The notes beneath the pieces were generated by a model that was given only the letters and a program-made list of their open reading frames with translations, made no database searches and had not been told where the DNA came from. From contig JAKLKB010000072.1 of the NCBI GenBank assembly GCA_023150835.1, positions 1-33,327 of the forward strand: a stretch of 33,327 nt of DNA, read 5' to 3'. Below are positions 8,574 through 17,327 of this stretch, piece after piece (position 1 is the first letter of the stretch; each line of letters starts with the position of its first letter). The DNA comes from Myxococcota bacterium (lineage in GTDB: Bacteria > Myxococcota_C > UBA6777). A program made the translations under genes and the position numbers.

Positions 8574-9697
8574 CAACAACCACCTCAAAAAAAGAAATGT
8601 ACCAAGCGCTCCGCCCCACCGATATCGCGCTGTACTTACGCGCTAAACACTGGACACAAGACGCACAACACAAAACGCTTTGGTTTCTGGGTGAGGAGGA
8701 AGTATTGCTTCCAACGAATCAAGAAGCCGGTGATTATGCTCTGCGTATCGGGGATTTGTTGGAGGCGCTTGCGATGGTAGAACAACGCAATCCGTCTCAA
8801 GTGTACGAAGATCTACAGACGATCGGCTTTGATACGCTGCGCATCCGCATCGCCGACACAGAGATGTCCGATGGAACACTTCCGATTGAACAACACACGC
8901 AAATTGCTCAAAAGACAAGGGAACTGGTTCTTTCAGCTGCTTGTGCGGCCATCGAAAAGCGAGCCTTTTGGCCAACCCGCAAGCCGACGAAAGCGACGGA
9001 ACATATACGGCGTGTGCGCATCGGGCAGAGCGAAAGAGGAAGTTACATCGTGACGGTTCTTTGCCGCGTCACACCTTTGCTGCACACCCCCACAAACCCC
9101 TCATCCGCCGACTCCGAAGAGACCTTCGAACGACAAGTCACTTTGATGTTGGCGCATTCGCTCCGAGCGCTTGAACATGCGTCCAGAGAAGCGGCCCTCC
9201 AACAAGAACTCGCGGCTTTTTCACAAGCGATCCCCGCAGGCGTAAGCGCCAATCTTTGTGATGCTGTCGCAGGTTTTTGGGGAGATGAACACGCCCAACG
9301 AAAAGTAGACTTCCTCTTTTCTTGGTCACCGAACCGACCTGTTATCGCGGAACCGATATCGAAGGTTTCTTTTTCTTCCGATCGCGTGCCGTTTCTACGC
9401 GCAGCAAGTATCCAATTACGCGACACGGGACATCCTTCGGACATCGAGATCACAGGCCCCGTTGTCAAGTTCGAACGCTCCGAAGGTGCCGAGAAGGGCA
9501 AAGCGACATTGTACTGCCACGTCGAAGAACGGCCCCTTCGGGTGGTGTTCGAATTAAGCGAGCCAGACTACAACATGGTGACCAACGCGCACCGAGACGG
9601 TTGCCTTGTGACTGTAAGCGGAAGCCTTCAAAAAGAAGGCCGCAGCTTCTCCTTGAAAAATCCGCACCATTTGATCATCGAAAGCAACGAGTCCTAA
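8570..9697 (+). CDS. Uncharacterised partner of DUF4365 protein, possible C-terminal OB-fold
   Basis: ATGA overlap with the DUF4365 frame; GGAGG RBS; 375 aa with GQSERGSYIV motif; C-terminal beta-rich ITGPVVK...VTVSGSL segment. Confidence 0.85.
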   Translation: MTTTTSKKEMYQALRPTDIALYLRAKHWTQDAQHKTLWFLGEEEVLLPTNQEAGDYALRIGDLLEALAMVEQRNPSQVYEDLQTIGFDTLRIRIADTEMSDGTLPIEQHTQIAQKTRELVLSAACAAIEKRAFWPTRKPTKATEHIRRVRIGQSERGSYIVTVLCRVTPLLHTPTNPSSADSEETFERQVTLMLAHSLRALEHASREAALQQELAAFSQAIPAGVSANLCDAVAGFWGDEHAQRKVDFLFSWSPNRPVIAEPISKVSFSSDRVPFLRAASIQLRDTGHPSDIEITGPVVKFERSEGAEKGKATLYCHVEERPLRVVFELSEPDYNMVTNAHRDGCLVTVSGSLQKEGRSFSLKNPHHLIIESNES

Positions 9698-9721
9698 ACA
9701 AGAGAGAAGACAGGAGAGCGG

Positions 9722-9988
9722 ATGTTACGAGAGAATCCCAAGCAGATGGCCAGCGAGATCGCGGATGGATTGATCTTTTTCACGCCGCATCATCTCAAGA
9801 AATTCACCCCCGCCGAGTTGCAGGTGATCGAAGGTCATCTCCAACACCTCTTGGTTGAGGTGCGCGGCGAATTTTGTGCCCCCGACGATTTCCGCGCAAC
9901 CCAACACAAACACCAAAAAATGCAACGCATCCAAGCAGCCATGCGGATGCTCCAAAGCTTCCGCCACCACCACAATCCCCACGAATGA
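9722..9988 (+). CDS. Small helical hypothetical protein
   Basis: AGGAG RBS; 88 aa; follows the previous gene by 24 bp. Confidence 0.7.
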   Translation: MLRENPKQMASEIADGLIFFTPHHLKKFTPAELQVIEGHLQHLLVEVRGEFCAPDDFRATQHKHQKMQRIQAAMRMLQSFRHHHNPHE

Positions 9989-10072
9989 TCCTCCGATCTG
10001 ACAAAAGCAGCGCGTCTCGCGTCTTGAAAGCTTCCGCCCCCCACAAAAGCAAAACCACCCGCGCAAGCCCCG

Positions 10073-11275
10073 TTAGATATTGACGATGGTATAACCGACA
10101 GTTCCGGGGTTTCCGTTGGTGTTAAGGTCGCGCCAAAAGCGGCTCCACTCGCTCGAAGAAAAGGTCTGACAGCCCGCAGAACCCGTGTTGGTGTTCCCGC
10201 CTTTGTGGAAAAGCATACTGTAGCCGGAGTCTCCGAAGCGACCGTCGCGGAAAAAGCCATCGTGATTGGTATCGCGTTCGGCGTTGATGGTGTTGGTGGG
10301 ACGGAGGATATCACCAAAGCGAGAGCTTCGACTGCGGCTGTATTCGTAGTAACCAGCGGGGACACGGCCCAGATCGCGCCGTCCATCACCATTTACGTCC
10401 GTACCTTGGCGTCCTTCGTATTGAGCGCTCGGCTCGGTATTTGCGGTGTATTCGCGAACACGTTTGTTGCCTTGGCTGTCTTTCCAAACCATCACCATCT
10501 TGTCGTCATAAACGCCGCGTCCGCCATTGGTGTGTGTGTTGGTTTCTGTGCGAAGAGCAAGAAGATTTCGCTTGTTGGTGCCGTTGTTGAATCGTCCGCC
10601 GCCGTCTTCGATCAGCCCTTTGTAATAGTCGTACTTTTGGCCCTCTGTCATCCGCGAGGTGTTCTGGAGCGCGACAGGCCCACGTACAGGAGCGGGTTGG
10701 ACGGGCGTGGGCAAGTTGGGTGTCGGCGTAGAGGGAGGGGTCGGTTGGGAAGGCGGCATCGGTTGGACGGGGGCAGGGGCAGGCTGTGTGTTCGGGCGAA
10801 GGGGCGCGTTTCGATCTTGGGTGAGTTCACCGAGGCGGAGTCCGTGACGTTGGGCATCACGATCTGCGGCAGCCCAATTGTTTTGGTTGCGGCGCATAAA
10901 GAAGTTGACGGCATCTTGTTTGGTGCGGATCTGCGGGTTGCTTTGTAGGAGCGTGTCAAGGCGGTCGTTGGGAGAAGGGGCTTGCGATGGAGACAACGGC
11001 TCCGACGAGCGTTCGAGGGCTTGTTTGAGGTGCAGGGAATGGCTGTTGTTGTTGATATCAAGGGTGTTTCGATCGCCGTCGTTGTCGAAGTGATCGACCT
11101 TTTCAAAAAGGCGGCTGAGTTCGTTGGAGCCTTGGATAAAGCCATCGCCGTTGATATCAGCTTGAACAAGTTTGTTTTTTTGCGTGGTGGATATCTCGCT
11201 GTCTCGGCGCAGATCCGCGACATCGATTTTTTTGTTGGAGAATTGTTCGACGAATTGAGCCTTGGTGATGCGCAT
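10073..11275 (-). CDS. EF-hand-like N-terminus, Pro-rich linker, C-terminal YkuD/L,D-transpeptidase-like domain
   Basis: AAGGT RBS before MRITK; DINGDGFI and DNDGD loops; PTPP linker; C-terminal FHKGG...GSAGCQT (H...SxGC). Confidence 0.75.
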   Translation of the reverse strand: MRITKAQFVEQFSNKKIDVADLRRDSEISTTQKNKLVQADINGDGFIQGSNELSRLFEKVDHFDNDGDRNTLDINNNSHSLHLKQALERSSEPLSPSQAPSPNDRLDTLLQSNPQIRTKQDAVNFFMRRNQNNWAAADRDAQRHGLRLGELTQDRNAPLRPNTQPAPAPVQPMPPSQPTPPSTPTPNLPTPVQPAPVRGPVALQNTSRMTEGQKYDYYKGLIEDGGGRFNNGTNKRNLLALRTETNTHTNGGRGVYDDKMVMVWKDSQGNKRVREYTANTEPSAQYEGRQGTDVNGDGRRDLGRVPAGYYEYSRSRSSRFGDILRPTNTINAERDTNHDGFFRDGRFGDSGYSMLFHKGGNTNTGSAGCQTFSSSEWSRFWRDLNTNGNPGTVGYTIVNI

Positions 11276-11314
11276 CCTGCGTACCTTTTTGTGCAAGGGT
11301 TGAGAGATCTGTGA

Positions 11315-11373
11315 TGGTTCCGCTTTCCTTCGTGTGGTTCCGCTTTCCTTCGTGTGGTTCCGCTTTCCTCCGA
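11315..11373. repeat. 20-bp tandem repeat x3 (TGGTTCCGCTTTCCTTCGTG)
   Basis: Three consecutive copies starting 40 bp upstream of the 11275 start. Confidence 0.9.
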
Positions 11374-11622
11374 TGGTTTCGCCAAGCAGAGACTCAGCGA
11401 GACCCGATCTGCCCAACGATTATCATCGGTGCGGAAAGAGCAGGCGTTTCGTCTTTTATGTCATTTTTATGCAGCGAGTGTAGTGGGCTGTAAGGTCGAT
11501 GGCTGTTTGGCTCTTATCGGGCAAGGTGAATCTTTTGACGGCACCGAACCAGCGTTTCGCAGCGAAGAAAAAAGAAGAGGGTGGTGATGCGATCGACGAA
11601 ACCCCCCTGTGCTCGCGTACGT

Positions 11623-12087
11623 TCAATCTCGGGCAACATCGACCCATTCAGCAGAGGCGGCTTGGGCGAGGCGTTCGGGTTCCATGCCCAAGAGCAGACC
11701 GCGTCGTCCGCCGTTAAAGTAGACGTTGGGGACATCAAGCAGAGAGATATCAACATAAACAGGCAACGGTGTACGCGAACCAAAAGGACCGATACCACCG
11801 GGCTGATAGCCTGTCAAACGCAAGATATCGCGTTCGTTCGCCATCTCCGCGCCTTTGACATCGAGATGCCGCGCAAAGTGACGCAGCGACACCGCTCGAT
11901 CTCCCCGCGCCATCAGGAAAACAAAGCGGCCATCCGAAAGCTCGATCACCAACGTCTTGACGGTCTGTTCGATCGGAAGGCCAAGCGCTTCGGCAGCAGC
12001 TTCGGCCCCTTTTTGCCGATAGTCATACGGATGCAAAGTGAAGGTATAGCCGCGTTGTTGTAGATCTTTTTCTCCCAAACTGGACAT
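11623..12087 (-). CDS. ybaK: YbaK/EbsC aminoacyl-tRNA deacylase
   Basis: GGAGGT RBS; AAEALG...KTLV, LTGYQPGGIGPFG, NGGRRG motifs. Confidence 0.92.
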   Translation of the reverse strand: MSSLGEKDLQQRGYTFTLHPYDYRQKGAEAAAEALGLPIEQTVKTLVIELSDGRFVFLMARGDRAVSLRHFARHLDVKGAEMANERDILRLTGYQPGGIGPFGSRTPLPVYVDISLLDVPNVYFNGGRRGLLLGMEPERLAQAASAEWVDVARD

Positions 12088-12267
12088 ACACAAACCTCCG
12101 AAAGCAAGGAGACAAGGGTCTTTGTTTGCGCCAAAAAGACGTCGGATGCAAGAGCAAAGGTCGCCTCTTGTCGATCCGATGCTTTTGTTTCATGCTTGCG
12201 CCGCTTTTTTGTGCGAAGGTATCGAGTGATACGATATCCGAGTGATGTACACAACAAAGGACAGTAC

Positions 12268-12310
12268 GTAGACGCCCTATTCTTGGGCAGCAACAGGAGG
12301 CTGCCTCTAC
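12268..12310 (-). repeat. GTAG-family REP-like element
   Basis: Minus strand GTAGAGGCAGCCTCCTGTTGCTGCCC; homologues at 20496, 20652, 29401 and 33221. Confidence 0.75.
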
Positions 12311-12371
12311 ATCTCCACGCACAAAACGGGCGGATCTCGTATGACTTGGTTTGGATGGGAGAAAAAGAGAG

Positions 12372-13103
12372 ATGCGGATCTTGTACGAAAGCGCGGAGTG
12401 CGTGGCACTCGATAAGCCCGCAGGCATCGCCTTTCATGGACGCGATGAACAAGAAGGATTTGTAGAGCAGGTTCGCCGCTTGATGGCCGAAGGAAGGCTG
12501 CCTGCGTGGGGGCCCTTGTATCCGGTGCATCGGCTTGATGCGGTGACTTCGGGGATCTTGTTGCTTGCACGAAGCCTCGAAGCAGCGAGGGTTTTGGGAG
12601 AGGCATTTGCGAAGCGCCAAGTGCAAAAGCTTTATCTGGCGCTTTCGCAGCACAAACCCTCCAAAAAACAAGGCCGCATCATCGGGGATATGGAGCGCAG
12701 CCGACGCGGAGCGTGGAAGCTGTTGCGAACGACCGAATCACCCGCCATCACGCGATTTTTGAGCCAACACGTCGCTGAAGCCCAGCCTCCGTTGCGTTTG
12801 TTTTTGCTCAAACCCGAAACGGGGAAGACCCATCAGATCCGCGTCGGCATGAAAAGTCTGGGATCGCCGATCCTTGGCGATGCGTTGTACAGCGGAGGTG
12901 GAGAGAGGCGAGTGGACGAAGTCTCGGGGGAATGTGCCGAGGTTCGCACCTATTTGCATGCGTGGCGTGTAGAGTTCGATCTGTTCGGGGCATCGGTCTC
13001 GATCGTCGCCGAACCGATGGAGGGGGCACGATTTCTCCAGCCCGCGATACAAGAAAAGCTGGTGCAGTGGCGAGAACATACGATCGACTCGTTGTTTCCG
13101 TGA
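12372..13103 (+). CDS. RluA-family RNA pseudouridine synthase
   Basis: DKPAG, catalytic HRLD, K.YLA, TGKTHQIRV, PILGD.LY, LHA. Confidence 0.93.
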   Translation: MRILYESAECVALDKPAGIAFHGRDEQEGFVEQVRRLMAEGRLPAWGPLYPVHRLDAVTSGILLLARSLEAARVLGEAFAKRQVQKLYLALSQHKPSKKQGRIIGDMERSRRGAWKLLRTTESPAITRFLSQHVAEAQPPLRLFLLKPETGKTHQIRVGMKSLGSPILGDALYSGGGERRVDEVSGECAEVRTYLHAWRVEFDLFGASVSIVAEPMEGARFLQPAIQEKLVQWREHTIDSLFP

Positions 13104-13252
13104 GGTCACCGCGTTCTCTGTCTAGTGGAAAATGTCGGACATGAGCGAACACACGATAGACTCGCTGTTTCCGTGAGGTCACCGCGTTCCCTGTCTAGTG
13201 GAAAATGTCGGACATGAGCGAACACACGATAGACTCGTTGTTTTCGTGAGGT
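13074..13252 (+). repeat. 73-bp tandem duplication (~2.4 copies) spanning the pseudouridine synthase stop codon
   Basis: GAACA(T/C)ACGAT...CGTGAGGT units start at 13074, 13147 and 13220. Confidence 0.92.
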
Positions 13253-13261
13253 TGTTTTGGA

Positions 13262-14296
13262 TCATCGGCGAGGCAGTAGCGGAAGATCGTGACTGAAGAG
13301 CCATATCTGCTCGGGATAACGGGCCTCCTCAGCGAGTACAGAAAGCGACACGAGTTGTTGAAGGGTGGTGTTGCGGCGTGCTGACTTTTCTACGAAGAAA
13401 AACAGCCGCTTCTGATCGGGAAAGATCTCTTTTAATTTCACCAAGCAACGGGAAATACAGGCTTCTGCATCTTTCAGCAGACAAGTCGGGAGGGGATGGG
13501 CGCGAAGTTCTGCTCGCGTTGCGATCTGTTGGCGCAGATCGCACCCTCGGGCGAACGGCGTGTCGACAGACAACCAGATCCCCTTGGTCGTCACGCGCAC
13601 GATCCATTTTCGGGCAAGACGATTCTGACGAGATCGATCATCGGGACGTGTAGAAAGGCCGAAAACAAGATTGGCGACAAAAAGGCGGGTAGGATCGAAC
13701 GAACTGGAAGCTGCGGGAGTGGGCATCGTTGCGGCGACAGGGGAAGGAGCCTGTTGCCTTGCCAACAAAAGCTGCACACCGACGGCGTCTTTCGCTGGCC
13801 AATGGAGACCAAACCGCCGTGGCGTCCCTAACAAAAGCAGGCTCCGCATGGGTTGCCAAAGAGATCGCATGGAAGACTTTGCATCCAACACCAGCAACAG
13901 CGGAGAGACGGGGGGCGGAGAAGAAGTAGGCGCATGGCGGTAATGAGACTTCATCTCTTTCAACGCTTGGCGGCTGGTCTTGCTTTGCCCGTTGAGAAAC
14001 CATTTTCCGTCCCGATTCACGGCCAAGATCATCTGCTGGGGTTTTGGAGTCCAAGGCATACGGCGCAAAGAAGATGGAAAAGTCGGCATGGACGGAAAGA
14101 AAGGCTTGACCTGATCGTGAAGAGTTTGCGCAAAAGCAGAACAAGAGAACGCCGACGTAAGACTCAAAACAAAGCAGCAAACCACAAGAGCAGGAAAGGA
14201 AGCCCGCATCCAAACGACAAAGTTCGAAGCGAAAGAGCACAAAACATTACGCCGAAAAGGCGTCGAGATATCCAAAAAAGAAGCGGGTCTTTTCAT
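13262..14296 (-). CDS. Exported hypothetical protein, possibly two ExbD/TolR-like periplasmic modules
   Basis: Hydrophobic signal ending AFA-Q; segments ILAVNRDGKWFLNGQ and LVKLKEIFPDQKRLFF...LQQLV resemble ExbD-type domains. Start uncertain. Confidence 0.55.
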   Translation of the reverse strand: MKRPASFLDISTPFRRNVLCSFASNFVVWMRASFPALVVCCFVLSLTSAFSCSAFAQTLHDQVKPFFPSMPTFPSSLRRMPWTPKPQQMILAVNRDGKWFLNGQSKTSRQALKEMKSHYRHAPTSSPPPVSPLLLVLDAKSSMRSLWQPMRSLLLLGTPRRFGLHWPAKDAVGVQLLLARQQAPSPVAATMPTPAASSSFDPTRLFVANLVFGLSTRPDDRSRQNRLARKWIVRVTTKGIWLSVDTPFARGCDLRQQIATRAELRAHPLPTCLLKDAEACISRCLVKLKEIFPDQKRLFFFVEKSARRNTTLQQLVSLSVLAEEARYPEQIWLFSHDLPLLPRR

Positions 14297-14658
14297 AGTT
14301 TTCTGTTCCTTGCGAACGGAGAAGACTGGAAAACAGCACGAACGCGAAGTCTACTGCAAAAGCCCCTCGCGAGTTCAATAGCCACGCATCCCACGGTAGG
14401 CTTCTTTGCTTCCAACGACGTTGCTGATCGCATACAAACGCGCAGCCCGCATGAGATCGAGCATGTGCTGCGTTTGCGTGAGATCCGTGCTTGGGCTTCC
14501 AAACCGATAGTCATCTAGCACGCAATCCGCACCATAGCAAGAACCAAAAGGGCCTTGTGATGTGCGTTGTGTGCGGTAGTCTATCGGGCTTGTGTCGATT
14601 CGTTGCGTGGGTTGATTTGAGTGCGTGTTGCCCTGCAAAGCAAGGAGGAGCCGAGAGG

Positions 14659-15795
14659 ATGGGAAAAAGAGCGTCATGGAAGCGATGGGTCGTGGGGCTT
14701 GTTTTGGTGATGGCGATCGCCGCGTTGCTGTGGGTGTGGATCGGACAGCGTGGGCAACAGGCTTTGTTGGTGCGCTTCCTCAAACCTGCGAAAGGCTTTG
14801 CTCATTACACGCCGCCCAAAGCACCCGATTATGCGAAAGAAGAGGCTTGGGCTGCACATTCCAAGAAAAACTCGTATGCGAATCTATGGGCGAAAGGACT
14901 AGAGCCATCGAAAGATCCGCAGGCGGATGTGTTTTTTGTACATCCGACGACTTATCTCAGCGGCAAAGGATGGAACGCACCGATCGAGGACAAAGAAGCA
15001 ACAAGGCGCGTGGACAAAAGTGTGATGAAATACCAAGCGAGCGCTTTTTACGGATGTTGTCGGGTGTTTGCGCCACGCTACCGACAAGCCACGCTGTATT
15101 TTGCGATCGCACGCAACCAAGACGCTTGGAAGGCGATGGATCTGGCCTTTGGGGATGTGAAACGAGCTTTTCGGCATTTTTTACAACACCACAACCAAGG
15201 CCGTCCGATCTTTCTTGCGGGGCATAGCCAAGGTTCGATGCACGCGCTGCGTTTGTTAGAAGAATTTCCTGACGAGGGAGGATGGCGCAAGCGCTTGGTG
15301 GCTGCGTATCTGGTGGGGATCAACATCCCGCTGGATAAGTTTCAGCGAACGATCCATTGGTCACGCCCTTGCAAAAACGCCGAAGATACGGGCTGTGTCA
15401 TGGGGTGGACCACTCTTGGGCGCAAAGCCGAACCACGCGGTTGGGCAGACATGAAGGTGTATTATCCAAGCGGATACGAATCAAGCGCCGGCAAACCAAG
15501 GCTGTGCAGCAATCCGCTGACATGGAAAACGGAAGAAGAGAAGATCACAAAAGACCAACACAAGGGCGCTTTGCCTTATGGAAAAGGGCGCGAGATGGCG
15601 GCGATCCGCCCTGCGCTGATCGCTGCGCAGTGTCGTGCGGGTGCGCTGTGGATCGATACGCCGCCTTCGAGCTTTCAGCGGCTGATGCTGCGCCCCCATG
15701 ACTACCACGTCTACGACTACAACTTGTTTTATGCGGATATCTGGCACAATACCTTCCGGCGGCTCGCTGCATTTCAAAAAAAGCGCTTGCGGTAA
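14659..15795 (+). CDS. DUF3089 alpha/beta-hydrolase with N-terminal membrane anchor
   Basis: GGAGGAG RBS; DVFFVHPTTY, FAPRYRQA, nucleophile GHSQG, YHVYDYNLFY. Confidence 0.9.
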   Translation: MGKRASWKRWVVGLVLVMAIAALLWVWIGQRGQQALLVRFLKPAKGFAHYTPPKAPDYAKEEAWAAHSKKNSYANLWAKGLEPSKDPQADVFFVHPTTYLSGKGWNAPIEDKEATRRVDKSVMKYQASAFYGCCRVFAPRYRQATLYFAIARNQDAWKAMDLAFGDVKRAFRHFLQHHNQGRPIFLAGHSQGSMHALRLLEEFPDEGGWRKRLVAAYLVGINIPLDKFQRTIHWSRPCKNAEDTGCVMGWTTLGRKAEPRGWADMKVYYPSGYESSAGKPRLCSNPLTWKTEEEKITKDQHKGALPYGKGREMAAIRPALIAAQCRAGALWIDTPPSSFQRLMLRPHDYHVYDYNLFYADIWHNTFRRLAAFQKKRLR

Positions 15796-15837
15796 GCTTT
15801 GCTGCTGAGTTTCAGAGCGAGGTGAGGGTGCCGACAA

Positions 15838-17022
15838 TCACCGTAAAATATCCGATTCTCCTGCCGATTTCGCTTGGACTAAGCCCATCTTTCGCAAGTA
15901 ATTTTGCGCGGGCATCTCGATATATCGAAAACTCAAGAAGCAAGCAAGCACGAGCGCAGCGAAAAACAACAGCATCAACCACGGTGAATAATAAACCGAA
16001 TGGTCGCTCGTAAGGCTGGAGACGATCGCAGAAAATAAAATTTGCATAGGGAAATGAAGCAAATAAGAGGAATACGAGATATCGCCGAGAAAGGACAGTC
16101 TTTTTGCGAGCAAACCGCGATGCGTTTCGAAAAGCGCCAGAGACAGAATCGTTAGTGGGAAAACGACCAAAACGGGCCAGAAGACAAGCACTTTCTGTAT
16201 ACTCCGATCAAAAAATGCCTCGTAGCGCGGCGAAAATGAAGTCGTATAAGCAATTAAGAGTCTTATATCTATTCCCTGCTGCACGATAGCGATCGTTACA
16301 ATCCACACATTGGCCGTCAAAAGTATCACCCATCTTGTAAGAACAGCCGAACGTTCAGAGGAGAGAATCGCCTTATACGCGAAAAAGACACAACCACCAA
16401 AGAAAAAGGAACCGATACCTCGGCCCATCGGTGGATAAAGTTTCTGTACAAAAAGAAACCCGACCAGCGAAAGAGCAGCCAAGAGAAGCGCCCGCACGGG
16501 CAGAAAACGAGAACAAAAAAAGAAAATGACGTACAACAATACTTCTACCGAAACGGACCAGACAGGCCCGTTAAATGAATGGCCCCGCTCAAATCCCCAT
16601 GAAGAAGCAAACAGGAGATGAAGGAGAAAATGTTTACCATCATTGTTCGGATAAACAAAATAGCGCCCCGACGCATGGATCATCCAAAACTGAGCGACAG
16701 CGACAAAAAGAAAAGTCGCGAGATGCAAAGGATACAGCCTTGAAAATCTCAGCAAAGCAAACTTGCTTGGGGAGATTTCGCCTTGATAGATCGGTGTTGA
16801 GTAAAGCCAGTAAAAAATAAAACCGGACAGGCAAAAAAACAAATCAACGGCCAACCAACCTTTTGTATAGAAGACGAACATCCACTCGGAGAACGGAAGT
16901 CGTGCGGTGTCGAACGTTTCGGGCTTCGTTCCAGAGAAGAAAAAATGTGGCCAATGCCAAAACACAACGCTGAGAGCTGCGAAGCCTCTTAGCACGTCGA
17001 GAGAATAAAAACGTTTGACCAA
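15838..17022 (-). CDS. Acyltransferase-3 (OafA-like) membrane O-acyltransferase
   Basis: LDVLRGFAA.SVV..H, VDLFFCLSGF, RFSRLYPLH, WSVSVE, LGDISYSSYLLH, YIEMP. TTG start uncertain; appears more AT-rich than neighbours. Confidence 0.92.
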   Translation of the reverse strand: MVKRFYSLDVLRGFAALSVVFWHWPHFFFSGTKPETFDTARLPFSEWMFVFYTKGWLAVDLFFCLSGFIFYWLYSTPIYQGEISPSKFALLRFSRLYPLHLATFLFVAVAQFWMIHASGRYFVYPNNDGKHFLLHLLFASSWGFERGHSFNGPVWSVSVEVLLYVIFFFCSRFLPVRALLLAALSLVGFLFVQKLYPPMGRGIGSFFFGGCVFFAYKAILSSERSAVLTRWVILLTANVWIVTIAIVQQGIDIRLLIAYTTSFSPRYEAFFDRSIQKVLVFWPVLVVFPLTILSLALFETHRGLLAKRLSFLGDISYSSYLLHFPMQILFSAIVSSLTSDHSVYYSPWLMLLFFAALVLACFLSFRYIEMPAQNYLRKMGLVQAKSAGESDILR

Positions 17023-17263
17023 GTGATTGGGTCCATCCTATCGGGGCAAGCGACGGCGTTGTGATGTTTCGCGAAAGGATCGTGATGACATCCGACCAAA
17101 GAACACCGAGCAAGTTTTGGGTATAACGAACCAGATCAGCAGCGTCAAGGGCCACCCGCACCGCTCCCAACAAGAGAAATCGTCCGAAAGTCCCAACAAA
17201 AGAAACCGCTTGGAAGAAAGAACTCTGAGGCGTCCTCAAAGATAAAGATTTTCGATACGATCA

Positions 17264-17290
17264 CGTCACAGATCAACAAGACCTCTCGTC
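17264..17290 (+). promoter_or_regulatory. ECF41 (SigJ)-type promoter
   Basis: CGTCACA-N16-CGTC, one mismatch from the ECF41 consensus TGTCACA-N16-CGTC; ends 37 bp before the oxidoreductase ATG. Confidence 0.8.
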
Positions 17291-17327
17291 AGGTGGGCGC
17301 AAACCCAAAGGACAAGGAGGTGCGGAG

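Noticed and set aside
11300-11400. Possible c-di-GMP-I riboswitch (minus strand GGCGAAACC...GGAAA)
   Set aside because: No matching P2/P3 pairing or downstream GCAAAGC-type segment; explained by the 20-bp repeat.
13074-13252. CRISPR-like pattern (three ~33-bp repeats with ~40-bp spacers)
   Set aside because: The two spacers are nearly identical, the first repeat is the gene end and no cas genes are present; it is a tandem duplication.
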